Shown here in pieces: positions 43,581 to 52,352 of a DNA stretch of 64,000 bases. Origin of the DNA: Chloroflexota bacterium (lineage in GTDB: Bacteria > Chloroflexota > Dehalococcoidia > Dehalococcoidales > UBA2162). The notes under the pieces were generated by a model. It did not search any database, was not told the origin of the DNA, and saw only the letters and a list, made by a program, of their open reading frames with translations. The stretch is from contig JACPPR010000096.1 of NCBI GenBank assembly GCA_016190895.1, forward strand, positions 1,625 through 65,624, given 5' to 3'. Made by a program: the position numbers and the translations under genes. The stretch's first letter is position 1, and the number at the start of each line of letters is the position of its first letter.

Positions 43581-44960
43581 TTAGTTTTCAGGCTTGTAAC
43601 AACCTAAGACAAATTCTTCGTGCATCCTTTGTTGAATTTGCGAACTTAAGTCTGCTTTGTATTCCACGGGCATCATCCGGCGGTCACGGTCTAATTTACG
43701 GACACCGACTTTGGGTATATCAAACCCTATTTTTTGGCCTATTTCTTTCAGGCAAGCAGCTGTATCAGAATCGACACCTTTTATCTTGGAGTTTCCCACC
43801 ACAATGACCGCGGTTTTGCCCGGCTTTAATACTCTGAACATTTCTATTAGCACCTCGGTCATTTCCGAATAGTACCGGCGAAGTGAACGGCCCTTGTTTA
43901 CATCTTCACCCATTACTTTTTGCACAACGCTTTCTGAGTAATCCGGTAGTTCTAATAGTGTGGTGCTGTTTGTTGCATCGCTGCCAATGTACCGCTGCCT
44001 TTTTTGGCTCAGGTCGTCTATATTGTACCCTAACCAAACCAGAGAAAATTTGTGCGCTCTCATATAGTCAATTGCGTTGCTTGGATAAGGAGGGGAAGTT
44101 ACAATCAAGTCAACCGATTCATTGTCCAAAGGGAGGCTTTTCGCGTTACCGAGTTCGATTTTTGGAGCTAATGAGCCGAGCACTCTCTTCGGAGCGCTTT
44201 CCAGGTTCTGGCGGAACTTCTTTTTGAATTCCCAAAACGCTGAACGAACGTATTTAATAGAATGTTCATTGAGCTTTGGTGTAGCATTATAGACTGGTGA
44301 ATCATCTTCTTTGACGCGGTCGGCTCTGTGAAATATTAGCTTGGCTCGATGTGGCCGCGTGTGGGCCAAATCCAAAGCTAAAGATACCCCTCCTGATTTT
44401 GTGATTATTATTCCAGAGAGAGTCAGGTCAAAGAAATCGCGCAAGGTGTCCTTTTCGATTGTTTTGATCTCATTGACTAAACTCATTATTTCAAGTTGAG
44501 TGTCGTATTCAAACCAATAATCAACAAATTCTTTAGTCTTTAGATTCCAACGCGTTCTTAGTTCGTTATCAAGTTCTTCGCGTTTGGTTTCGACATTTAG
44601 CATAGCGTTACGCAATAACAATTGGCCTATGCTCAATGCTTCATCCACATCAATTGGGGTCACTTTGACCGTGGCGATCTTCAGGGCCAAGGGGTCAATA
44701 TCGAAGCCGATGCCAAATCTTCCATTCAAATAAGCTTCAACAATTGTAGTACCTGAGCCGACCATTGGGTCGAGAACCACATCGCCTGGATTGGTAAGTT
44801 CAGTAATAAACTTCGCAGGCAGTTGTGGGGGGAACTTTGCTGCGAAGGCATGGAAATTATGAGATGCATAATTAGTATTTTGGCCGTGGAAATCAAGGTC
44901 TCCCGAGAGGAGACTTTTAAGTATATGATAATAGGAAGGATTTCTATTTATGCTTACCAT
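43581..44960 (-). CDS. DNA methyltransferase (N4-C/N6-A class, SPPY motif)
   Basis: VLDPMVGSGTTIVEA (motif I) and LIVTSPPYP (motif IV). I trimmed the start to ATG 44960 because the upstream 78 codons of the track ORF cover hairpin repeats. Confidence 0.8.
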   Translation of the reverse strand: MVSINRNPSYYHILKSLLSGDLDFHGQNTNYASHNFHAFAAKFPPQLPAKFITELTNPGDVVLDPMVGSGTTIVEAYLNGRFGIGFDIDPLALKIATVKVTPIDVDEALSIGQLLLRNAMLNVETKREELDNELRTRWNLKTKEFVDYWFEYDTQLEIMSLVNEIKTIEKDTLRDFFDLTLSGIIITKSGGVSLALDLAHTRPHRAKLIFHRADRVKEDDSPVYNATPKLNEHSIKYVRSAFWEFKKKFRQNLESAPKRVLGSLAPKIELGNAKSLPLDNESVDLIVTSPPYPSNAIDYMRAHKFSLVWLGYNIDDLSQKRQRYIGSDATNSTTLLELPDYSESVVQKVMGEDVNKGRSLRRYYSEMTEVLIEMFRVLKPGKTAVIVVGNSKIKGVDSDTAACLKEIGQKIGFDIPKVGVRKLDRDRRMMPVEYKADLSSQIQQRMHEEFVLGCYKPEN

Positions 44961-44988
44961 TCTTCTCGAATAGAATTCATCCCCTTGG

Positions 44989-45030
44989 AGTTTGCCTAGA
45001 TTATAGCACAGGGGAAGAGGGTTGGGGTAT
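44989..45030. repeat. direct repeat flanking the R-M cassette (right); contains minus-strand TGCTATAAT
   Basis: Partner of 42572..42615. The extended -10-like TGCTATAAT (45008..45000) lies about 40 nt upstream of the MTase ATG. Confidence 0.65.
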
Positions 45031-45064
45031 AAGAAATTGGAGAGTGTTAACAACAACCTCTCGC

Positions 45065-45182
45065 CATTCCGTTCCCGTATCCAGTACGGGAAAGGGCTTG
45101 ACGCGCCCCGATTACATCGGGGTGGACGCGACTCCGTATCAGGTACGGGGCAGGCTTTCCGTCGGTATGGCGTAACGTCGCC
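45065..45182. repeat. GC-rich intergenic hairpin cluster
   Basis: Several short hairpins: cccgta-tccag-tacggg, ccccga-ttacat-cgggg and ccgtatcaggtacgg. Ends ccgtcggtatggcg. Confidence 0.6.
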
Positions 45183-45208
45183 AAACATTTTCACTTATGA
45201 TGGATTAC

Positions 45209-45583
45209 TCAACTTGTCCGGCTTGCCCGCGCCAGTCGCTCGTCGAATGTCGCCAGAGTTAAGCCAAGCCTGCGCGCTAGATAGAGGTAACAGGCATCGT
45301 AAGCAGTAAGATTGGTATCCAGAGCCAGTCGCAGCACTGCAGGATGCTCCACCTCACTCCAGTGGATTGGAATCGCTAACGCCAATTCGAGCCCATCAGC
45401 GAGCGCCTTTGTCTTTTCCGGGTAGGCGACCGACTTCCTTCTGGCGATACTGGTCAGTTCGTAGGCCAAAAGAAGGGGGGCATGTAGCTCGGAATCCTTG
45501 AGTATTGCCAGAGCCTCAGCAGCCCTTGGCTCTCTGAAACACCAGGCAGCAATGACAGAGGCATCCACCACTTTAGCGGGCAT
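45209..45583 (-). CDS. vapC: PIN-domain toxin VapC
   Basis: VVDASVIAAW...AYDACYLYLA... is a PIN acidic-residue pattern. Overlaps the antitoxin gene by 11 nt. Confidence 0.8.
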   Translation of the reverse strand: MPAKVVDASVIAAWCFREPRAAEALAILKDSELHAPLLLAYELTSIARRKSVAYPEKTKALADGLELALAIPIHWSEVEHPAVLRLALDTNLTAYDACYLYLARRLGLTLATFDERLARASRTS

Positions 45584-45806
45584 CCCGTAGTTCCCTCAAC
45601 CAGGACGTAGATTCATCCCCGGTCCCAAAACCGAGCGCCTTCAACCGCAGTTCTGCCTCATCCACTGAGAATCCGGACGGGCTTGTCGCCTCTTCGAGAA
45701 TCGCCATTATTTCGCCTTGCAGAGAGCGGTGATGATGCTTCGCCCTTTTGCGAAGCTTCTCCATAATCTCATCGGGAACATTCTTTACCGATACATTGAT
45801 TGGCAT
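45573..45806 (-). CDS. RHH (FitA/Arc-like) antitoxin
   Basis: MPINVSVKNVPDEIMEKLRKRAKHHHRSLQGEI is a typical ribbon-helix-helix antitoxin N-terminus. Confidence 0.75.
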   Translation of the reverse strand: MPINVSVKNVPDEIMEKLRKRAKHHHRSLQGEIMAILEEATSPSGFSVDEAELRLKALGFGTGDESTSWLRELRDAR

Positions 45807-45931
45807 TAAAATACCTCCTTAATGAATCCTATTCAGAGCTATTATAGCTCTATTCTGGGTCTAGGTCAAAATGAATCGGTTTGTTTCAAGATATCTTCTC
45901 ATACATTTACATTGTGATATAATAATCAGTT

Positions 45932-46312
45932 GTGAGTGCGAAGAAACGGGTAATGGTCGTCGATGATGAGCCGGGCATACTTCGTTTTGTGAGAACTATC
46001 CTCGACCTGGCCGGCTATGACGTTATCACAACCACGAGCGGAGAAGAGTCATTGCAGCTGGCCCAAAGCCAGCCGGTAGATATCATCATTCTAGATATCT
46101 TGATGCAGCCCTTGAGCGGTTTCGATGTGCTGGAAAAGCTGCGGACGTTTTCAAAAGTGCCTGTCATCGTGTTTACTGCCCAGAGAGAGATAGCCGAGGC
46201 AGCTTTGAAAGAGGGCGCTGACGGCTATATCGAGAAGCCCTTCAGGCCGGAGCAACTGACCAGGAAAATCCAGGACGTTCTCGATAAACAGGCCGCTACA
46301 GGCACAACCTGA
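45932..46312 (+). CDS. single-domain response regulator (CheY-like receiver)
   Basis: VMVVDDEP...IIILDILMQPLSGFDVL...VIVFTA...K. Confidence 0.8.
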   Translation: MSAKKRVMVVDDEPGILRFVRTILDLAGYDVITTTSGEESLQLAQSQPVDIIILDILMQPLSGFDVLEKLRTFSKVPVIVFTAQREIAEAALKEGADGYIEKPFRPEQLTRKIQDVLDKQAATGTT

Positions 46313-46634
46313 TACCCTGCGCTTTGACCTTCTATCAAGGACGTGAAACACTCAGCACGATTTTTGCCAGCTTCGATTCAATCTTTCTTCATGGGTATCA
46401 GAGCACACTGAACAACGAGGTAATATCCTCAAAACTAGTATTATTCCAATTTGCAATCAAGATGGCATACATAATCTGGGATATGCACAGGCGAGGACGC
46501 CTGTGCTACCAGTTTACTTGCCATCCTGAAAGCTAAAGCGAATAAATAGGTATGGTTACGTATTCTCTTTCCTTTTTGTATGTATGAAATAATGATAAGG
46601 AATTTGTTTAGGGAAAAGGAGGAAAAACCAGACA

Positions 46635-48515
46635 ATGTGGCACAAAGCAAGGGAGACATTATTCCCGGGTGCTATTTTCATTGTCCTGGTACTGCTACTG
46701 ACCGTATTTGTCATTCGTTCTAACGGCTTATTCCAGAGCCACTACGAGGGGACGATGTTCCTGACTGACGAGCCGGGTAACTGGTTCAAAAGTGACGTCA
46801 CGGGGACACCCGTAGTGATTGTGAATGTTGATGACAGGGTACAGTTCGACAGAAACACGCAGAGCGGTACCAGGCACACCGTAACCCTCTTGATTAAGCC
46901 GACCGGCTCCAATCTTGAGGTCGACCAGGACCAGGCTGGTAACGGTAAAGTAGAGGCCAGCTTCGATGTTCCGGGGGTATTCCTGTTTGTCTGTAAGGTC
47001 CATCCTTATATGACGGGCGTTGTTGCCGTCAGGGATGCCCGGGGCAACATCCCGGATGTCACCGCCCAGGAACTGCCCTTCATCGGGCACCTCGGACTGA
47101 ACTCCCTACCTGCTGTGACCGTGCTTGATGTTCTCACCACCATTGCCTCCGATGAAGCTACCAAGACGGCCAAGTGGGATATCATCGGAGCGGGCAATCA
47201 GACCTTACCGGCAGTCTCGGGCGTGGGCGAAGTCTGGCTCGACACGCAGTTCGAGCGCGTTCCCGGTCAGGTTGATGGTGCAGGTTTCGCCAAACCGGGC
47301 ACGATTACCATTGTCGATGCCGGGAAGTTTACCGTTGAAAGGGAAATCAATGGCCTTGCCGTCGAACCCGGGGATTGGAACAACCCGCACAATATGTGGA
47401 CCAACACCAACCTCAGCGTGGTCTACAACACCAACTGGTTCGGCCAGACCATCAATAAAATCGACCGCGCCAGCGGCGATATCCTCGATACGGTTGTCAC
47501 CGGGGAGGCGCCAACTCATCTCGCCACCATTCCTGATGAAGACTCGGACCAGTTCGGCATACTCACCAACCCGCTCAGCGCGGATAACGATATTGTCAAG
47601 GTAAGCAACCAGGGCGACCTTAAAGTGGTCGACCATTTCCCGACTGGCGTTGGACGCAACCATCCTCACGGCCACTGGATAACGGCTGACGGAACGAAAA
47701 TAGTCGTTCCCAACGTTTTCAAGGGACTGGGCGTGACCGGCTCCATATCCATCCTGGACGCTGACAATGGAGATATACTACGGGAGATTTCCCATCAGCC
47801 CGCAGGCCTTGAATCGGCTCTGCTGATGCCTATTGCGGCCGGCATCCGGGGCAACAACAAAGCCTACGTTTCTAATGCCGCCAGCGGAGAGGTCAGCGTA
47901 ATCGATTTGAACACGACGCAAATTATCAAGAATATCCCGGTCACTATTAAGCCGAACGGGCAGGTGGGAGGCACTATCTTCGATACTTTACAGGTGCCTA
48001 TCCAGCCGCCGGTGAGTCCGGATGGCAGATTTGTCGGCGTCGCCGTGCTTTCACTGACCACAGTCGGGCGCCCTCCGACCGGCTCGCCAGACCATGTCGC
48101 TATCATCGATACGACCACTGATACCGTGGTTAAGTTCCTTGACACAGTCGCCACCCCGAACAAAGGCGCCGGCACGCATGGCGCCAACTGGGGGGCGAAG
48201 CTTGGCGGAGGTTATTACCTCCATGTGGCCAATCAGTTCGCCAATTTCCTGACCGTCATCGACCCCGACCCCAATGGCGATGGCAGCGCTACGGATGCGG
48301 CCGTGGTGGGCAGAATCCTGCTGGCTAACGGCAACACCGGAGCCGGCGTGACGGATGGGGTTGGCGGGCAGGGCATCAAGCCGATACCCAATATGTACGA
48401 CGGCTGGATTCAGGATACTGTTGCCCTTTCAGGGACCGGGCAGCTTTCTGCCGAAGTGGAGGGGTGGATTGATGCTCTGACTGCGGCGCAGAAGAATCCC
48501 ACGCCGTCTCCCTAA
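46635..48515 (+). CDS. membrane-anchored cupredoxin domain / beta-propeller repeat protein
   Basis: N-terminal TM helix. Type-1 copper ligand pattern H(TV)...FVCKVHPYM. A long Gly/Asn-rich repeat region is consistent with YVTN-type propeller blades. Confidence 0.7.
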   Translation: MWHKARETLFPGAIFIVLVLLLTVFVIRSNGLFQSHYEGTMFLTDEPGNWFKSDVTGTPVVIVNVDDRVQFDRNTQSGTRHTVTLLIKPTGSNLEVDQDQAGNGKVEASFDVPGVFLFVCKVHPYMTGVVAVRDARGNIPDVTAQELPFIGHLGLNSLPAVTVLDVLTTIASDEATKTAKWDIIGAGNQTLPAVSGVGEVWLDTQFERVPGQVDGAGFAKPGTITIVDAGKFTVEREINGLAVEPGDWNNPHNMWTNTNLSVVYNTNWFGQTINKIDRASGDILDTVVTGEAPTHLATIPDEDSDQFGILTNPLSADNDIVKVSNQGDLKVVDHFPTGVGRNHPHGHWITADGTKIVVPNVFKGLGVTGSISILDADNGDILREISHQPAGLESALLMPIAAGIRGNNKAYVSNAASGEVSVIDLNTTQIIKNIPVTIKPNGQVGGTIFDTLQVPIQPPVSPDGRFVGVAVLSLTTVGRPPTGSPDHVAIIDTTTDTVVKFLDTVATPNKGAGTHGANWGAKLGGGYYLHVANQFANFLTVIDPDPNGDGSATDAAVVGRILLANGNTGAGVTDGVGGQGIKPIPNMYDGWIQDTVALSGTGQLSAEVEGWIDALTAAQKNPTPSP

Positions 48516-48536
48516 TCGGGCAAATTCACGCTAAAA

Positions 48537-48574
48537 GGGGGCTGGCGTTCGGCAAGCGCCAGCCCCCTTTTTTT
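48537..48574 (+). terminator. rho-independent terminator
   Basis: GGGGGCTGGCG-ttcggcaag-CGCCAGCCCCC followed by TTTTTTT. Confidence 0.85.
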
Positions 48575-48736
48575 GTTAGTTCAGACTTAAATTAAGCAAA
48601 GGTGAAAATCCGTGTCCTACTGTCCCCCCCTTATCCGTAAGTATTCGCCAGGAAAAAATACGTAAGGCTACGTATTTCCATTTCTCAGAAAAGCCAATAT
48701 GCTGGAATTAATATGTTAACCTGAGGAGGAAATATC

Positions 48737-49588
48737 ATGAAGTTCAAACGTTCGATTATGGCGATGACCGTTCTGCTGTTATCGCTGACGATGCTGATTC
48801 CCGCATGCACCGCCCAGCCTACCCAGGCTCCGGCAGGAGGGGGAAATCCGGGCACGCTCGAGTATCTGGGCTGGTCTCATTTCCGTCTTACATCCGGTAA
48901 TGGCAAGGTAATCCTGATTAACCCGTTCATCAACGGGAACCCTGACTCGATAGTGAAGCTCGAGGACATCACCAAGGCGGATATTATTCTGGTCACCAAC
49001 GGGCACGGGGACGAAGGCTCTAATGATGCCGTACCCCTGGCGCAGAAAACCGGCGCCAAGCTAATCGGCGGTGGCTTTGAGCTTGGCTCATGGTTCATTG
49101 CGAAAGGCGTGCCCGCCGCCCAGGTGATACGGACTAATCCCGGTGGAATACAACGGTTCGATGGTGTCACAGTGAGAATCGTCAATTCCGTCCATGGCTC
49201 AGGGCTGACCCCCGCCGGCAATATTAGTTACGGTGGTCCGGCGGCGGGGTTCATCATTACCCTGGAGGATGGTTACACGGTCTATTTCGCTGGCAGCACC
49301 GCTGCTACTATGGACATGCAGCTCTGGGGCTCGGCGTTCAAGCCGGACCTGGCGATTCTACCGCTCAACAATGACCGCGACCCGGTAGATGTCGCCCAGA
49401 TGGTCAGGCTGCTCCGCATTGATAATCCAAACCTCAAGAAGATAATCCCGCACCACAATCGCGTCCAGCCGCCAGCCGGCGCGACCACCATCGACCAGAT
49501 GGAGCAAGCAATCAACGATATGGTCGGTAAGGGCACGGTAACGGTTCTGCGCATCGAAAGAGGCAAGCCGATGCAGCTAACGAAATAG
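48737..49588 (+). CDS. MBL-fold metal-dependent hydrolase, lipoprotein
   Basis: Lipobox LIPAC. ILVTNGHGDEGSND. RBS GAGGAGG. Confidence 0.7.
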   Translation: MKFKRSIMAMTVLLLSLTMLIPACTAQPTQAPAGGGNPGTLEYLGWSHFRLTSGNGKVILINPFINGNPDSIVKLEDITKADIILVTNGHGDEGSNDAVPLAQKTGAKLIGGGFELGSWFIAKGVPAAQVIRTNPGGIQRFDGVTVRIVNSVHGSGLTPAGNISYGGPAAGFIITLEDGYTVYFAGSTAATMDMQLWGSAFKPDLAILPLNNDRDPVDVAQMVRLLRIDNPNLKKIIPHHNRVQPPAGATTIDQMEQAINDMVGKGTVTVLRIERGKPMQLTK

Positions 49589-49613
49589 CCTGGCGGTGTC
49601 TACGGAGGTAATC

Positions 49614-50060
49614 ATGGCGTCAGCCGGGCGTGCTCGGATGCTCTCCGCTATCGGTTTGTGTGTGAGCTTCGCAGCGCTCATCGTTGCCTGTGGTAACAGG
49701 GCGGCCGCCCCGCCGTCAGTCTCCGCCCCGACCGAAGGCGCGGCCCCATCAGTAGCCCAATCTCCGGTCGCGAATGGGAAAAACCTCTTCGAGAGCCACT
49801 GCGCTGTCTGCCATGGGCAGCTTGGGGAGGGGGGCAAAGCGCCCGATGGGAGCATCGCAACACCACTCTCCGCCCACCTGCGCGCCCATGCCGGTCTGGA
49901 GGGTGAGGACGAACACGTTATCAGCGCGGTTCTGGACGGCATTCATCATGAAGAAGACGGCAGCACCCGGGTGCTGGGTGACGCCATGCCTCGCTTCAGA
50001 GGCAAGCTGTCTGAGTCCGAGGTGACGGATATTATCTCTTATATGCAGACGCTGCCATAG
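49614..50060 (+). CDS. class I c-type cytochrome, lipoprotein
   Basis: CAVCHG heme-binding motif with a distal Met (GDAMP). ATG 49614 follows GGAGGT. Lipobox LIVAC. Confidence 0.8.
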   Translation: MASAGRARMLSAIGLCVSFAALIVACGNRAAAPPSVSAPTEGAAPSVAQSPVANGKNLFESHCAVCHGQLGEGGKAPDGSIATPLSAHLRAHAGLEGEDEHVISAVLDGIHHEEDGSTRVLGDAMPRFRGKLSESEVTDIISYMQTLP

Positions 50061-50080
50061 TCCATTCTGCTAACAACTGT

Positions 50081-50123
50081 AATCATGCTTCGCCCACGAT
50101 ATTTATCGGGGCGAAGCATGATT
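50081..50123 (+). terminator. 15-bp perfect stem hairpin after the cytochrome c gene
   Basis: AATCATGCTTCGCCC-N13-GGGCGAAGCATGATT. There is no T-tract, so its terminator function is uncertain. Confidence 0.5.
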
Positions 50124-50447
50124 CATTACCTCATACTTTCCCCTATCCAGAACTCAGCTAAAGCCTTAGCCAAATATAGTATATTACTCTATTGCTTTTT
50201 ATTCTTTCGTATATTACACTTTACCTGCTAATATTAGGCACAGGCTGAAAACGGTAGGCAATGAGGCTAGTTTGCCGAGGATGAGTGGTGGGAACTTCTC
50301 TTGTTCACCTGTGACTCGGACACTTTCTTTGCTCCTCCCATAAACCCGTCTGTGAATAACTTGGCTTTGTGGAGCCAGTTGAGATAGAGAATACTCTCAA
50401 GAAAGAATCGAGAGAGTCAGGGTGAGAAAATAAAGGAGGCAAAAGAA

Positions 50448-52304
50448 ATGCGAAGGGAAGTCCTATGGCTGTTGGTGAGCGGCTTGATGGCATTATCTCT
50501 AGTGTTGCCTGCCTGTGCACCTGCAGCCCCGCCTACTCCGACTGCTCCGGTCGCACCACCCACTCCGGCCGCTCCGACCGCTCCGGCAGCGCCGACTACC
50601 CCGACAACGGAAAAGCCTCAGCAAGAAGCGGTGAAACCGGCCGCTGAAGCGCCTAAGTATGGTGGCACGATTAACCTCGTGACAAACACCGATGTGCAGT
50701 ATATCGACACTATTTTTCATACTGTGGCGAGTATCATCATAAGCCCGGTGAATGAGGAATTGTGGGGCGGCGATTGGACGCAGGGACCTGCCGGCGGCTC
50801 CGGTACCAACAAGACAGACTGGGCGGGTAACTATAACCTCTGGCATCTCAATACCGGCGTTATGGCTGAGAGCAGTACCTGGACGGTGGACGAGGCAAAG
50901 AACCAGGGAATCATCGTCTACAAAATCCGCCCGGGAATTCACTACGCTCTCGACCCGAAGAGCGAAGCCAGCCGCCTGGTTAACGGGCGGGAATTCACTC
51001 CCGAGGACGTCATCTTCCACATAAAGCGGGTGCTTACGGACCCGAGGGCTTATATCGGCAGGTCTAATCCCGAACTAAAAACAGCCGAAATAACCAAGAG
51101 CGCCCCGTGGGAGGTCACCGTCAAGGTACCGCTGGATGCCCTGATAACAGCCATAGACCGCTTCGGGGATTCAATGCAATTCGTGCCGCCGGAAGTAGTC
51201 AATAAATACGGCGGCCAGGAGAACTGGCGGAACGTCGTCGGCACCGGCCCCTTTATCCTCAGCGAATACGTCGGGGGAAGTACCGTAGTCCTGAACAAAA
51301 ACCCCAATTACTGGCAGAAGGACCCGATAGGTCCGGGCAAGGGGAACCAGTTGCCCTACCTGGATACTATCCGGTATCTTATCGTTCCTGACGCCTCTAC
51401 CCGCCAAGCAGCCCTGCGAACGGGCAAAATCGACCAGATTACCGGTATTGACTGGGAAGATGCCGTCCAGATAAAGAAGCTGGCGCCAGCCCTGAAGGAA
51501 ATAACCGGGCCCGGCGGTGGTATGCTCAGCCTGGCTATGAGGACAGATACCGTGCCTCTTGCCGATATCCGGGTGCGCCGGGCGATGTTAATGGCAACCG
51601 ATTTTGAGACGATACACAAGAGCATCGCCGAAGGCAAGGGCAAAAGGCTAACCCGCCCCTCCAGCTACGAACAAGGGTATGAAGACCTCTACATTGACAT
51701 TGATGCCCCGGACATGCCTGAATCCGCCAGAGAGAATTTCACCTATAACCCGGAAAAGGCAAAACAGCTACTAAAAGAAGCTGGCTATCCCAACGGCTTC
51801 AAGACCACGGTTCTGGCCACCTCAGCGCAGGTCGATGACCTCTCGATATATAAGTCTATGTGGGCTAAGGTCGGCATCGACTTGACGATTGACGTTAAGG
51901 ATACAGGCATTTACAATTCTCTCGTCAATAGCAGGCAACACCCGGCGCTGCTCGCGGTGAGCGGCAATCCTAACGGGGTATTTCACACCCAGCCATCTTT
52001 CACCGGGACCTCTTCTACCAACCGGGTTATAGTCGACGACCCCTTTATCAACGAGAAGATGGCTGAGGTCAGGCGAGTCGCTGTTACTGTGGGACTGGCT
52101 GAAGCCATTAAGATGACGAGAGAAGTGACCAAGCGTGAGCTTGAGCTAGCCCTGGAGATACCGGGGCCCGGTGGTCTGTCCAGCCGTTTCTGGTGGCCCT
52201 GGCTCAAGAACTACGGTGGAGAAACCAGCGTCGGCTACTTCAATGGCTACTGGCAGAAATGGGTCTGGATTGACCAGGACCTGAAGAAGTCGATGGGGTA
52301 CTAG
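50448..52304 (+). CDS. ABC transporter substrate-binding lipoprotein, family 5 (peptide/nickel/opine type)
   Basis: Lipobox LPAC, Pro/Thr/Ala linker, then YGGT...NPNYW...PYLD...RQAAL family-5 landmarks. Confidence 0.85.
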   Translation: MRREVLWLLVSGLMALSLVLPACAPAAPPTPTAPVAPPTPAAPTAPAAPTTPTTEKPQQEAVKPAAEAPKYGGTINLVTNTDVQYIDTIFHTVASIIISPVNEELWGGDWTQGPAGGSGTNKTDWAGNYNLWHLNTGVMAESSTWTVDEAKNQGIIVYKIRPGIHYALDPKSEASRLVNGREFTPEDVIFHIKRVLTDPRAYIGRSNPELKTAEITKSAPWEVTVKVPLDALITAIDRFGDSMQFVPPEVVNKYGGQENWRNVVGTGPFILSEYVGGSTVVLNKNPNYWQKDPIGPGKGNQLPYLDTIRYLIVPDASTRQAALRTGKIDQITGIDWEDAVQIKKLAPALKEITGPGGGMLSLAMRTDTVPLADIRVRRAMLMATDFETIHKSIAEGKGKRLTRPSSYEQGYEDLYIDIDAPDMPESARENFTYNPEKAKQLLKEAGYPNGFKTTVLATSAQVDDLSIYKSMWAKVGIDLTIDVKDTGIYNSLVNSRQHPALLAVSGNPNGVFHTQPSFTGTSSTNRVIVDDPFINEKMAEVRRVAVTVGLAEAIKMTREVTKRELELALEIPGPGGLSSRFWWPWLKNYGGETSVGYFNGYWQKWVWIDQDLKKSMGY

Positions 52305-52352
52305 ACAAGAAGAGCAACCTTTACTGACACAGAGAGACAAGGGAGGAGAAAG

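Noticed and set aside
50124-50447. Riboswitch or leader in the ~320-nt AT-rich region upstream of the first binding-protein gene.
   Set aside because: I could not recognise a B12 box, T-box, or NiCo-like or other conserved riboswitch core by eye. This needs an Rfam scan.
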